Below, piece after piece: positions 8,334 to 18,709 of a stretch of 64,000 nucleotides of DNA. The stretch's first letter is position 1. Each line of letters starts with the position of its first letter. The DNA lies in IMG/VR virus record IMGVR_UViG_3300033069_001798, positions 64,001 through 128,000 of that record, one strand, 5' to 3'. The position numbers were made by a program, and so were the translations under genes. The notes beneath the pieces were generated by a model. It searched no databases, had not been told where the DNA came from, and worked only from the letters and a program-made list of their open reading frames with translations. The DNA is from a virus. Taxonomy: Duplodnaviria; Heunggongvirae; Uroviricota; Caudoviricetes.

Positions 8334-11300
8334 TCCCAATTTTCTCATCTTGAACACCGCCGTCGACATTCCAAACTCGTTCCTCTCAACTTCAGCGCAG
8401 TACAACGTGAACGGTTGAAGCAGCTCTTTGCAACCCCACACGCTGATGCGATTTGGCTTGCCTGTCGGACCAGTTGCAAAGATCTGAACGTACTCTTTTC
8501 CGTTCTTTGTCTTGCGCTTCACACCAGTCACGGGCTTTGCACCCTTCTTGGGTGAAGTAGGAGTGACGACGAACCAGCAAACTTTTATCTCGCCGAGCTC
8601 AACATCTTCGACTGGAACTACTCCCTTCCCGTCTAGGGCATCGAGCAACCGAGGATCAATCATCGCTGTCACATCCAAAGTGCCGAACACTTCAACCATG
8701 TTCTGAGCCTTCTCGATAGAAGACCAATCAGGTTGCCCAGCGTACTTTCGAACAAGCTCAAAGAAGTTCTTCAAACCTTCAGTTGGATCGCTCTTGGGAT
8801 GTCGCTTTATCAGAGCATTATGATCTATCTCAGCTTCGAACGTTGAAACTTCACCTTTCCTCTTCTTCGTCACTGTCTCAACGTGAGATCCAACGATGAC
8901 ATCGTGCATGTGCTTGTAGCTGCTGAACAGCTTTCCTTCACCAACGATGTTCATTGAACCAAAAGCACCAATCTTGATGAGAGCTTCTAGAGCCCTCTTG
9001 TTGAACTTGCTGTGCCTCCAGTTGAATTCATCATCCCACAGCAGATCTTCAATTGCCTCGTAAGGTCTGTTTTCCATGATCTCTTCAACTGCTGAATCAC
9101 CAACACCCTTGCAGCTTGTCATCGATGGCATCAATTTCTTGCCGGGCAGCACAGTCCAACCAAGCGCAGCTTGGTTGATATCGATTGGGACGATCTGGTA
9201 GCCCAAAGCCTTCACTTCGCTGAAAGCTTTTGCTCGCTGCTCTGGGGTGTTTGACATGGACTCGAGATAAGCGCACAACCACTGCTCTTCGTAGTGCGTT
9301 AGCAACCAGGCACACCAGTACGAGTCGATTGCGTAAGCAACTGCATGGCTCTTGTTGAAACCGTAACCGCTCATGAAACAGATCGTTTCATACATCTTGC
9401 GAGCAGTTGCTTCCGGAACGCCGTTCTTCACAGCACCAGCAACGATGCTGTCTTCAAGTTCCTTCATCTTCTTCTTCGCAGCTTCACCGCCTGAGATGCT
9501 GCGCTTCATGATAGCACGTCGAACCTCGTCAGTTTCTGACAGCGGAAAGCCAGAGACTTTGTTGACAAGAGCCATGACGCCCTCTTGGAACACCAGCAAC
9601 CCACGTGTTTCTTTCAACGTAGAGTTGATGAGCGGGTGACCCCAGTCGTACGGTTCAACTTCATGCTTCAACCACAACTTGTCAACGTGAGCCGCTAGCG
9701 GACCCGGTCGATAAATGGACGTCAAAGCTGCGATATCGATGATGCTCTTTGGCCGAGCCTTCTTGAAAAGTTGCTGAGCGCCTTTTCCTGTACATTGAAA
9801 TACGCCAGCCCAACGCCCTTCGCAGTAAGTTTCGTATGCCTTCTGATCGTCAAGATCGATGACATCAGGTGACATGTTGTTTTCATACCAAGTCTTGATG
9901 TCATCGAACGTTGGTGCTGCATTTCCCTCTTTGATGAGGATCAGTTCGATCGTTCTTTCGATCAACCTCAACGTTTCAAGGCCAAGAATGTCGTACTTGA
10001 TGAAATTTCCGATCTTCTCAAGGTGTTTGAAGTTGACACCTTCTACCCAAGGACTCTGCGGTTCACCCTTGCTGGTGATCAGGGGCATCTTGTTTGGAAG
10101 ATCGTCAGCAATTAGAACACCACCTGCGTGACGTCCAAGAGAACGATTCTGCTTGAACAGAACGTTCATAGATTCGCCAACTTCAGGGTGCCGTGCAATG
10201 AAGTCTGAGAAAGCTTTGTCGTACTTCAAACCCTCATCGTACGTGAGCACGAATAGGTTCTTGTCATCACCTTCCTTCATCGTTGCGCGGCGAACAGAGT
10301 CTTCGACAGTTCTAGTCGCGGCGTTGACTTCATCGAAGGGAATGCCATAGAACTTGCTGACATCCTTCAAGAGACTCTTCACCTTGAAAGCATTGTAGTT
10401 CGAGATTGGAACGACGTTCTCGTAACCAAAGAAATTTCGCAGCTGATCAAGAACTTTATCGCGGTCAGAGACGTCGCTATCAATGTCTGGCGCACCTTGA
10501 CGATGCACGGAGAGGAATCGAGAGAAAGGTAGGTCCCACTTGATCGGATCTAGGTCGGTGATGTACAGCACGTACGCAACAAGAGATCCGGCGCCACTGC
10601 CTCGCCCAGGTCCTACCAAAACTACTTTCCGCGCCAGCTCGATGATCTTTTGGTACGAGATGAAGTAATCCGCATTCTTCATCTGCTTGATGACGCCGAG
10701 CTCTTCTTTCAAACGATCAAGATATTCATCCTTGCCATCGAGCCCACGCTTCACCATCCCATCCTTGCACAACTTCACGAGATGGTTGAATGACTTCTCA
10801 CCTGGTGGGATGAGGCGCTCAGTTGGAAACTTTTGCGATCGATCTGGTTTAACCTCACCAATGAGGTGATGCGCGATGTCATGGGTTCGCTCAATTGCAT
10901 CACAGATGATCTGATCATCGTAAAAAGACGTATCGACCTTCGACTTCAAGTACTCATCCCACATCTGAGGCGCGTTCTTTGGGTAAAGTTCGCACTTCAG
11001 CTCGTCTCGAGATTTTGGAAGTGAATTGGGATCGATCGTCTGGTAGTTCATCCAACCCAACTTCTTGTAGAGCTCACGCTCCTTCCAGACGTCTGGATTG
11101 TAGTAGTGTGCATCTCCAGTGACAACAAGTTGTTTTTGCAAACCATTTCTGGTTGCAAACTCAATGATTGCACGGTTGACAAGGTTCTGCGCCGGCAGAC
11201 GGTTGAACTGCAGCTCGAGGAAGTAATTTCCTTCACCAACCGCAGACACCATCATGTCGTACGTATTTCCGACAGCATCAACGCACTTATCAAGAAGAGC

Positions 11301-11510
11301 CTTGTCGTCAAGGAGCGACTGGTTGAGATTATCGAACGAAATTCCCTGAAGCACTTGGAATACGCTCCAAGAGGGAAACCCGCCGATGCAATTATGGACT
11401 AGCGAACCATCAGCAAAAAAACAATGTGTATCTTCAACTGTTATGTCATATACGTCAGGTGTTTCTTCGTCAATGGAAATGCTGTCAATTTCAACGAATT
11501 CAGTTGTCAT
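8331..11510 (-). CDS. dnaE: DNA polymerase III alpha, C-terminal fragment with split-intein C-part; ends at TTA 8331-8333
   Basis: MTTEFVEI...YDITVEDTHCFFADGSLVHN|CIGG (intein C plus Cys+1), GRGSGAGS, PDIDSD, GRHAGGV, KYDILGL, YGFNKSHA. The track extension past FKMRKLG is an antisense overlap with 7830..8333. Confidence 0.93.
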
Positions 11511-12459
11511 CTGCATAGCTGTCATTGATTGATTTGATGAATTCGTCAAGGTAACCTTCTTTTTTCAAGTCCGCTTCCCACAACACACAAACATTATAGC
11601 CAATTGATCTGGCATAAGCCAACTTTATCTCATCTTTTGACCATTTTTCACTTGCCTTAACTTGCCCGTACGGAAATTGAATTAGATCATCAGCGTTATA
11701 AACGCGTGGATCTGCGTGCCAGTACGTTCCATTTACTTCAATGATCAGATTGAATCTTGGTACAAAAACATCATATGCAAATTTGCCCAAAATTTTCTGT
11801 GTTTCACAATGAATATCTTTGTTTAGCAATTCAGATACAACTCGCAATTCGAGTTTCGAATTGCGAGCACGCATACTAACAAGCCCTTTAAGCCCTCTAT
11901 TTCTTGAGAGTTCACGAATTAGTTCTAGAACGTCATCAGCAGCAAGCTGTTGATAGTTCGAAAATGATCTTGAGAATGGAGACTTACTTTTTCGAAAGGC
12001 TGACGATTTAACATTTGCTTCGTCAAGAGAATATCCTTTATTGAGATAATATTCAGTATTATTTTTGGGCGTGTATGCATCCCATGCCTTTCTAATACGA
12101 TGAGTAGTCTTAGCACCTTTTGAAGATTGTTGTGAACAGATCTTTTTTATCTCTTCAAGAGAAGTTCCCTTAGGATATTTGAACTGCAACTTAACTTCTT
12201 GAGGCAATCTCAAGTAAAGTTTATTGTTATGAACTATGCCTAGTTTATGAAACAGATTTACAATTGATCGTTTTGAAAAACGAAAACGTGTAACAATATC
12301 ATTGTGATCTCTCACAATTAGATCATAAATCATAGACAAACTATAATGTAGGTCTGATGCCAGGCGCTTCAATTCAACCGTCGTCAGACCTACATGAGTT
12401 AGAGAGTCAAGAAATTCTTGACGAGCTAGTGCTTTCTTTTTAGAATCAAATTTTCTCAT
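11500..12459 (-). CDS. free-standing VSR/DUF559-like homing endonuclease between split-intein halves of dnaE
   Basis: FAYDVFV..LIIEVNGTYWHAD..DEIK..GYNVCVLWE; AT-rich. Confidence 0.88.
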   Translation of the reverse strand: MRKFDSKKKALARQEFLDSLTHVGLTTVELKRLASDLHYSLSMIYDLIVRDHNDIVTRFRFSKRSIVNLFHKLGIVHNNKLYLRLPQEVKLQFKYPKGTSLEEIKKICSQQSSKGAKTTHRIRKAWDAYTPKNNTEYYLNKGYSLDEANVKSSAFRKSKSPFSRSFSNYQQLAADDVLELIRELSRNRGLKGLVSMRARNSKLELRVVSELLNKDIHCETQKILGKFAYDVFVPRFNLIIEVNGTYWHADPRVYNADDLIQFPYGQVKASEKWSKDEIKLAYARSIGYNVCVLWEADLKKEGYLDEFIKSINDSYADDN

Positions 12460-12475
12460 AGTTGTCCACCAATAA

Positions 12476-13477
12476 CTATTGGTGGATTGACAGTATATGA
12501 TCTGTTTTCAGAAGTTCTTGTGCTTCTACCCAACCACGTTTAGTATAGACTTTGTGATCAGGCGTTACCCGCAATGTTGCACCATTTTTAAGCTTAATTC
12601 GAACAATTTTTGCTTGTTCTCTTGTTTTATCAGCCCAAGTAACTTTCTTAAAAACAAGTTGGTTTGTGTCATGATCATATGACAACACCGAAATTTCAGT
12701 GCCATTTTTTACATGTTCAACTAGATTAACAATCTTCATTGAACCACAATTGGTGATCACAATTGAATCTGGATGAATGCATGCAGAAGTGACAACGATG
12801 TTACGATCTTTTCCTGCTTCCTTCAGCATCTCCAAGTCGATGCGAGGGAATCTGTAAAAACCCTGCATGTACGCTTTCGAGCACGCAGAGAAAATGGACA
12901 GCAAGCCCTGCTGGTTCTTTGGCAGAACAACAAGGTGATGACGACGGTTGACGGGATTGAAGTGCTTCGTTGACTTTGACTCGTCTTCATTTTCAACTGT
13001 CAGAGCATTGGTCATCTCGATGTCTTCGGTTTCATCCGCTTCATCGACGACAGCAATGATCTTTGTCTGCAGCTTTTCCTGCTCCTTCAGGAGCTTCGCT
13101 GCTGCTTTCTTATCGACCAGGGCTTCTTCAGCACGAAGCTTGTCAACTTCCCACTGCTTCAAGCTTGGGTGAAAGTACATTTCACAACCCGGAATGTACT
13201 TGAAAGGAAGTTTTGGGTTTGCTTTATTCCAATCTTCAACTGCGAGTTGAGCATGAGCGTAACTGTTCATGTTACCGTGCTCAGTAATTGCGTGAGCATC
13301 AAGACCATTCTCACGACAAAAATCGAAATGTTCGTTCGGGTATCCGAGGCCGTCAAAGGGTGATTAAATCCCCTACGAAAACCCTGTGTGATTATGCAAA
13401 CCAACAAATCGCTTCGGAGTGCGCACAGAGTTTTCTAGGGATACCTCCTTTCTGTTGTTTGAATCGTTAATTTTCAT
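12476..13477 (-). CDS. dnaE: DNA polymerase III alpha, N-terminal (PHP) fragment plus split-intein N-part, interrupted by a 15-nt in-frame gap at 13361-13375
   Basis: ATG 13477 (or GTG 13426) gives RTPKRFVGLHNHTGFS-[TAG GGG ATT TAA TCA]-PFDGLGYP..AITEHGNMNS..PGCEMY..HLVVL..TSA|CIHPDS..TPDHKV (intein N). Confidence 0.88.
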
Positions 13478-14235
13478 TCCCATTCCTTAATCAATGACGC
13501 GTATTGTTGTCGAAGGCTATAATATTCCTTCGGACCAACAATTTGCAACCTCTCGTTTGGATACTCAATTGTAAATTCGTCGAGTTGACGTTTCGACCGA
13601 TCATCCATCCAGCCTTTGATTTCAATGAAACAACCATCAACATAGAAATCTGGCGTGTAAGAAATCCCACTTGCGAGCTCGAACGTTTTCGGTTCATATA
13701 GCCAAGATTTTCCCTGGTGGATAAGAATTCGTGCGTAATTTGCCTCCCATGAACTGCGATAAAATCCAGGAAGATCATCTCGCTTCCCGGCCTTTCCTCG
13801 TGATTTGAGACCACCTTTCATTTGTTTTCGAGCATTATCACTATGTTTTCGACGTTCTTCTCGCGAACGAATTCGTTTCTTATTGAACGTAATAGTTCTT
13901 TCACGACCCTCTTTCGTCTGTCTCCAGTTCGAAACACCAAACTTTTTAAGGTTCGTCTGACGAATTTTTTCTTTGACCTCATTACGAGACCACGGATTTT
14001 CTACTTTTCCTGAAAGTAGATTCTGTTTGGTTATTTCACCAATTTTCTTACGTCGTTCTTCATCCCATTCAAATGCGCCACCTTTTCTCATATTTTGCGT
14101 TCGAAGTTGATTACGACAGTTTTTTGAACATGTGCGGCACCAATTACCTTTTGATTTATCAATAAAAGGATTATGGCACCAGTCACAAACTTTTTCTCTT
14201 GATTTCATGGCTTCAACACCATGAATATACTTCAC
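13474..14235 (-). CDS. PD-(D/E)xK homing endonuclease with Zn-finger
   Basis: CDWC..CRTC, RSSWEANYAR, YTPDFYV..IEIKG. Confidence 0.8.
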   Translation of the reverse strand: MKYIHGVEAMKSREKVCDWCHNPFIDKSKGNWCRTCSKNCRNQLRTQNMRKGGAFEWDEERRKKIGEITKQNLLSGKVENPWSRNEVKEKIRQTNLKKFGVSNWRQTKEGRERTITFNKKRIRSREERRKHSDNARKQMKGGLKSRGKAGKRDDLPGFYRSSWEANYARILIHQGKSWLYEPKTFELASGISYTPDFYVDGCFIEIKGWMDDRSKRQLDEFTIEYPNERLQIVGPKEYYSLRQQYASLIKEWE

Positions 14236-14273
14236 TTTAATTTAGATGACCACCTAATAATCCATAGGAGCCA

Positions 14274-14324
14274 CTAAGAAAAGCACGTGTGATTATGAAG
14301 ACCAACAAATCGTTTCGGTGTCAT
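14274..14324 (-). pseudogene. duplicate 5' end of dnaE (MTPKRFVGLHNHTCFS-TAG)
   Basis: Near-identical to 13376-13423 (TPKRFVGLHNHTGFS). Has its own SD-like AAGGTAAG and lies upstream of the endonuclease. Confidence 0.85.
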
Positions 14325-14401
14325 GTAATTCGTCTTACCTTACATTGTAAGGCTCGTGACAGCGCAAGTTCACACTAAGTTTTCGTTAAATGTCGATAAA
14401 T

Positions 14402-15130
14402 TTACTGATTTACAGTATCATCATTAATTTTGGCACGACGTGTTATCCAACCCAATTTAGCAGCTTCTTTTGCCTCGATAGTTCCTTTCATATTTCTTCT
14501 TGCTATAGCCATTTCTGGTGGTATACTACGTCCTGTCTTTTTTCCAAGCTTCGCCTGGCGTAGCTTTTCACGATGATCATCAGTAAATTTACGACCTTTT
14601 TGTGAATCACTCATTTTTTGCTTAGTTTCATCACTTTTATGTTTACCAAAATTTGCATTATTAGCACCAGAGCTAGCTATTGACAATAGACGCTTTGTTT
14701 CTTCAGTGTGTTTACGACCCTTCATTGAAGGTTCACGCAATTTCATTCTATGACGTACTTGATCTGACACTCTACATCCACCACGACCACCACTAGTCAA
14801 GTTATAACCTACACGTGGATCACATAGATTCCACTCAGTTACTATTCTTTTTTCTTCAAGAAAAGCAGCGTCTTCACTATCACACCACGTCAATATTTCA
14901 AATTTGAACTGTTCAACGCCATGTTTTCGCATCGAACAATACAATCTTCTTAGATCACCACGTCGGGCATAAGATTTGTGCCCAAGCCAACGTCTAGTTG
15001 GCTGAACAGATTTCCCAACATATCGTTTGTTATTAACATTGTTAGTGATCACGTAAATTGCACATTCACGTTCTGAATGTAGTGTATCGTCTTCTGAAGA
15101 CCTTCCAGCAATTGCACACTCGGTTGCCAT
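14402..15130 (-). CDS. GIY-YIG homing endonuclease with NUMOD3-like repeats (start uncertain)
   Basis: AIYVITN..RYVGKS, GYNLTSGG, KHTEETK / KHKSDETK repeats. Confidence 0.88.
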   Translation of the reverse strand: MATECAIAGRSSEDDTLHSERECAIYVITNNVNNKRYVGKSVQPTRRWLGHKSYARRGDLRRLYCSMRKHGVEQFKFEILTWCDSEDAAFLEEKRIVTEWNLCDPRVGYNLTSGGRGGCRVSDQVRHRMKLREPSMKGRKHTEETKRLLSIASSGANNANFGKHKSDETKQKMSDSQKGRKFTDDHREKLRQAKLGKKTGRSIPPEMAIARRNMKGTIEAKEAAKLGWITRRAKINDDTVNQ

Positions 15131-16059
15131 TTAAGAATTTCTTTCGCTATAGTAATATCTGGTTTTCTCTGAAGTGGATCATCAATAGGTATGGACTGCC
15201 ATACAAATTTTGATTTGCTACTTGGAATCAAAGACATAACAACATCTGCAAGTTCTTTAATGGTAAACTCATTTGGATTTCCCAAATTAATGGGCGTTTT
15301 TGGATTGTAGCTCAAGGCTCCCAAAGAAACAATTCCACGTATCAGATCATCTACGTAACAAAATGACCTTGTTTGAGAACCATCACCATAGATTGTGATA
15401 TCTTTGTTGTACAAGGCTTGAGTTATAAAGTTTGAAACTACACGTCCGTCTGTTACATCAAGATGAGGGCCATACGTGTTGAATATTCTAACGAGACGTA
15501 CGTCTACGCCGTACTTGAAAAGAGAATCGTAGCACAACGCTTCTGCTGCGCGCTTGCCTTCATCGTAGCATGCTCGGGGACCGTAAGGGTTCACGCAACC
15601 CCTATAAGATTCAACTTGAGGAGTGATATCCGGATCGCCGTACACTTCAGACGTTGAGGCGTGCACAACTACAGAATTGTTACACATAGCAACGTCGATG
15701 ATGTTGTTAGTTCCGGCCACGCATGTCATCATCGTCTTCGTTGGAATCTGTTGGTATCGAGGCGGTGAAGCAGGGCAAGCGAAGTTATAGATCAGATCAA
15801 TTCCCGCTGGTGACTTTTTCATTGCGTGCTTCTGCAAGCAGTAATGAACCTGCTTCTGCTCTGCAATGTCGCACTCATAGACTTCCCCCAACTTCTTCTC
15901 TGCCATGAGGCGCTTGATCGTAGCAAGATGAAGAGAATCTCTCTTCGACGAAGAGAAATCATCCAGACCGATCACCTCATCACCGGCTGCGATGTGATGC
16001 AACGCAAGATGCGAACCAAGAAAACCAGCGATACCCGTGATCAGAACTTTCTTCGACAT
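15049..16059 (-). CDS. UDP-glucuronate decarboxylase (UDP-xylose synthase)-like SDR
   Basis: GIAGFLGSH, ACPASP, STSEVYGDP, CYDEGKR, RIFNTYGP, DDPLQRKPDI. Confidence 0.9.
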   Translation of the reverse strand: MSKKVLITGIAGFLGSHLALHHIAAGDEVIGLDDFSSSKRDSLHLATIKRLMAEKKLGEVYECDIAEQKQVHYCLQKHAMKKSPAGIDLIYNFACPASPPRYQQIPTKTMMTCVAGTNNIIDVAMCNNSVVVHASTSEVYGDPDITPQVESYRGCVNPYGPRACYDEGKRAAEALCYDSLFKYGVDVRLVRIFNTYGPHLDVTDGRVVSNFITQALYNKDITIYGDGSQTRSFCYVDDLIRGIVSLGALSYNPKTPINLGNPNEFTIKELADVVMSLIPSSKSKFVWQSIPIDDPLQRKPDITIAKEILKWQPSVQLLEGLQKTIHYIQNVNVQFT

Positions 16060-16066
16060 TGCTGCT

Positions 16067-16095
16067 ATCGTACTACACTAAGCCCTCATCTACAC
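16067..16095 (-). promoter_or_regulatory. sigma70-like promoter, likely leaderless transcript
   Basis: GTGTAG-N17-TACGAT, with the -10 box 7 nt before ATG 16059. Confidence 0.45.
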
Positions 16096-16420
16096 TTGTT
16101 CTGATCCAAGAGTTATAGTACGCTTCTACGAGCGCTGCTGAACACTTGTTGATTTTGTCTCTGTGCTGGTGTGCAGTGTCTGTGAACCAAAAGTTCAGAA
16201 CGCTGAGCACGATGCTGCTAGCCAGCTCGCCGATCGAGTCTTTTTCAGCCAGGTGAAACCCAGCTTCTGAAAATCTTGCAAGGATAGACAGAGCCTCAGA
16301 CTGGTATTCGTCTGCGCTAACTTCGTTCAGACACATCGGATTATGCTCGCACAATATCTGGTTGAACTCTTCTAGAAGCTTTACCCTCAAGAAATTCTGC
16401 TGTTGGCTCATGAGGTGCAT
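16073..16420 (-). CDS. hypothetical protein
   Basis: 115-aa ORF. Confidence 0.55.
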   Translation of the reverse strand: MHLMSQQQNFLRVKLLEEFNQILCEHNPMCLNEVSADEYQSEALSILARFSEAGFHLAEKDSIGELASSIVLSVLNFWFTDTAHQHRDKINKCSAALVEAYYNSWIRTSVDEGLV

Positions 16421-16462
16421 ACTATATCACTTGTTGCTTCAGATTTTCACATACTTAGTAAC

Positions 16463-16897
16463 ATGCTTAAGACCAACATCTTTGAATCAGCGAACAAGAT
16501 CTTGACAGAGCGCTTCGGTGAACCGTTGAGCATGGAAGAAACGCGGGTTCGAATCTCTCCTCAAGAAGTCATCACAACGTGGGAAGACTTGTACAGAGAA
16601 GAAGGAATCGTATCACTCGAGGCACTTGCGAGCTGGCTGGCAACAACCGAAGAAGCTGTCGTTGCAGCGCTGCCGAGCTACTTGATTGTCAATGATGAGG
16701 GTGACGTTGTCGAAAACAACGTTGCAGAAGCAAAGAAGCGCGGGCCTTCGAAAGCCGCTGCAAAATCGTGGGTCAAGGGCACCAAGAAGTTCAAAGACAA
16801 GGTGAAGAAAGCAAAGAGTGCTGGCATGGAAAATCCTGAAGGATTCGCAGCTTGGATGACTCATAAAGCAACGGGTGCCTGGCCGAGCGCTAAATGA
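16463..16897 (+). CDS. hypothetical putative virion protein (start revised to ATG 16463)
   Basis: ATACTTA motif at 16451-16457, 5 nt before the ATG; basic C-terminal segment. Confidence 0.6.
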   Translation: MLKTNIFESANKILTERFGEPLSMEETRVRISPQEVITTWEDLYREEGIVSLEALASWLATTEEAVVAALPSYLIVNDEGDVVENNVAEAKKRGPSKAAAKSWVKGTKKFKDKVKKAKSAGMENPEGFAAWMTHKATGAWPSAK

Positions 16898-16971
16898 ACA
16901 AAAGAGGCAGCATAAAACTACCTCTTTTATTAGAAGATTAAATCTGTGGGCCTTGGTGGGCCCTTAAGTGG

Positions 16972-17625
16972 TAAAGAAACCCTCGTTACCGTGTATCCGT
17001 TACCGTGGAATCCGCCACCAGTGTGCCACGACTCACCAGGCTTTAGATTTATGATTTGCTTCTGCTCGGCCTCGTCGTCATCCATGACTTCAATGTTATC
17101 GTACCAGAAACGATTGTTGATGACTACTGGCCTTGGCTTAAGATGACCGTCATCAAACGACTCTTCGTATTTGGCACCCGGAGGTGGGTTAGGACCCCAG
17201 CGGCGTTTCGCATCGTAGGAACCGTTGCCGTCACGACGGTTAACCCAAAAATTTTCTGGCGTTGGGTACGGACCAGGATCAGCGCCCGTACGACCGTACT
17301 CACTTTCTTTTTCTGTAGCTTCAGTCACTGGACCATTCATCATAGCGCTGTACACGGCATCGACAACTGCTTGAGCCATGTCTTCACGTGACATTCCAGT
17401 TCCAATCGACCACTTCTGCCAGCCCGGGTTGTCGTAAAAGAAACCATCAGCCGCAGCTTCAGCAGCCTCGACTGGATCAACTTCTGGTGTCTCACGAGTA
17501 AAGTTCTTCCAGTCGTTTGCGTAAGCAGCGAGAGCTGCGTCAAACTCAGCGGCGTCATCCTGACCAGCAACAGTCTCAAGAACTTCCTTGATCACGTTCC
17601 GGAGAGTCGAAATTTTCATCTTCAT
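16972..17625 (-). CDS. putative virion protein with shared N-terminal motif; ends at TTA 16972-16974
   Basis: MKMKISTLRNVIKEVLE. TTA is followed by a GGGCC-N6-GGCCC hairpin, and ATACTTA lies upstream at 17644-17650. Confidence 0.65.
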
Positions 17626-17630
17626 TGGTT

Positions 17631-18044
17631 TAACTTCCAAGTGTAAGTATCTCTACCACGATTCAAATTCTTCGAAGGAACTGATGCAACAAGCTTCGTT
17701 TCTTCGATCCTCTTCTTTGTTTCTGTTATCTTAAAACCGTCTGTCTTGTAGGCGTTGATACCAAACATAGCAAACATCTGGTTGGACAATGCATGCTGGA
17801 CGAGCTCAACCCTTGTTTCTTCATTGCTGATCACGTAGCGTTTGAAGACCACAGAATCACAATCTGGTTTGTACTCGAACGGTTCAGAACCCAACGTCAC
17901 GAGCCATGTTTTTCTCGTGATAGGGCGACCTTTCTTTATAGATTGTGGTGGAACGTCCACCGTATACTTTAGCGTGATATACACTTTGCCGAAGTGAGGA
18001 TCTTTAGTGCACCAACATGTCAATGCTTCCGAGCTCTTTGGCAT
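17631..18044 (-). CDS. hypothetical protein; ends at TTA 17631-17633
   Basis: SD GGAGG before ATG 18044. Confidence 0.55.
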
Positions 18045-18154
18045 GCGCCTCCACTTAGTGATCAAGTACGGTCGTCGAGAATGACAGACTACTTTTAGAT
18101 GGAAAGACTTAGCAGCTGCAAATTCAAGCGGAGACAGGCTTCGTTGAACTTTTT

Positions 18155-18709
18155 TCAACCTAAAGAGCACCTTTGCTTCAGCAAGTAGCAATTTCCTTCG
18201 TGCTGATCTTCTATGCCAGCGATCAAGTTGTCTAGACCTCGAGTCAACGTTCCAGACTCTTTCATGAGCTCGACAAGTTTTGCGACGACGGCAAGAAAAT
18301 TATACTCTGCCATCAACGACCTTCGTGCTAGGTCAGATTCAGTTGGAATCATCTGTGACATGCCGTAATTCTGAACTAGCTTGTTCAACTGCATCGTCTG
18401 AAGCGCAACGTCGACATTTGCAGTCGTGCCCAGCCCAATAGCTTTCTCAGCTACTGAATCAATCTCTGGTGTTACTGAGTTGTAGAGGCGCTCAAACAGC
18501 AAGTGATCACCGTAGAATGGATCACCCTTCGCAGTCCAGTGATGCGTCTGGTGTAGCAGAGCAAGATGCCTCAAGTGAACTAGCATGACTGAAAGTTCAG
18601 GGTACGTTACAGATCCCCACTCAGCACACATGTTCTCTGTGACAAACCCTGCGTTGTTATCAGCAAGGACAATCTGAACTTCTAGAGTTTCTACTAGGCG
18701 TCGCTTCAT
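18155..18709 (-). CDS. dps: Dps/ferritin-like DNA-protection protein
   Basis: HQTHHWTAKGDPFYGDHLLFERLY...IDSVAEK (Dps ferroxidase signature). Confidence 0.8.
   Translation of the reverse strand: MKRRLVETLEVQIVLADNNAGFVTENMCAEWGSVTYPELSVMLVHLRHLALLHQTHHWTAKGDPFYGDHLLFERLYNSVTPEIDSVAEKAIGLGTTANVDVALQTMQLNKLVQNYGMSQMIPTESDLARRSLMAEYNFLAVVAKLVELMKESGTLTRGLDNLIAGIEDQHEGNCYLLKQRCSLG

Noticed and set aside
13361-14276. Group I intron removing the endonuclease between the first dnaE exon and PFDG
   Set aside because: The 5' side ends in U, but the 3' end is A, not G. No space or sequence for a P3-P7 catalytic core is visible, and the interval is filled by the ORF and a duplicated exon.
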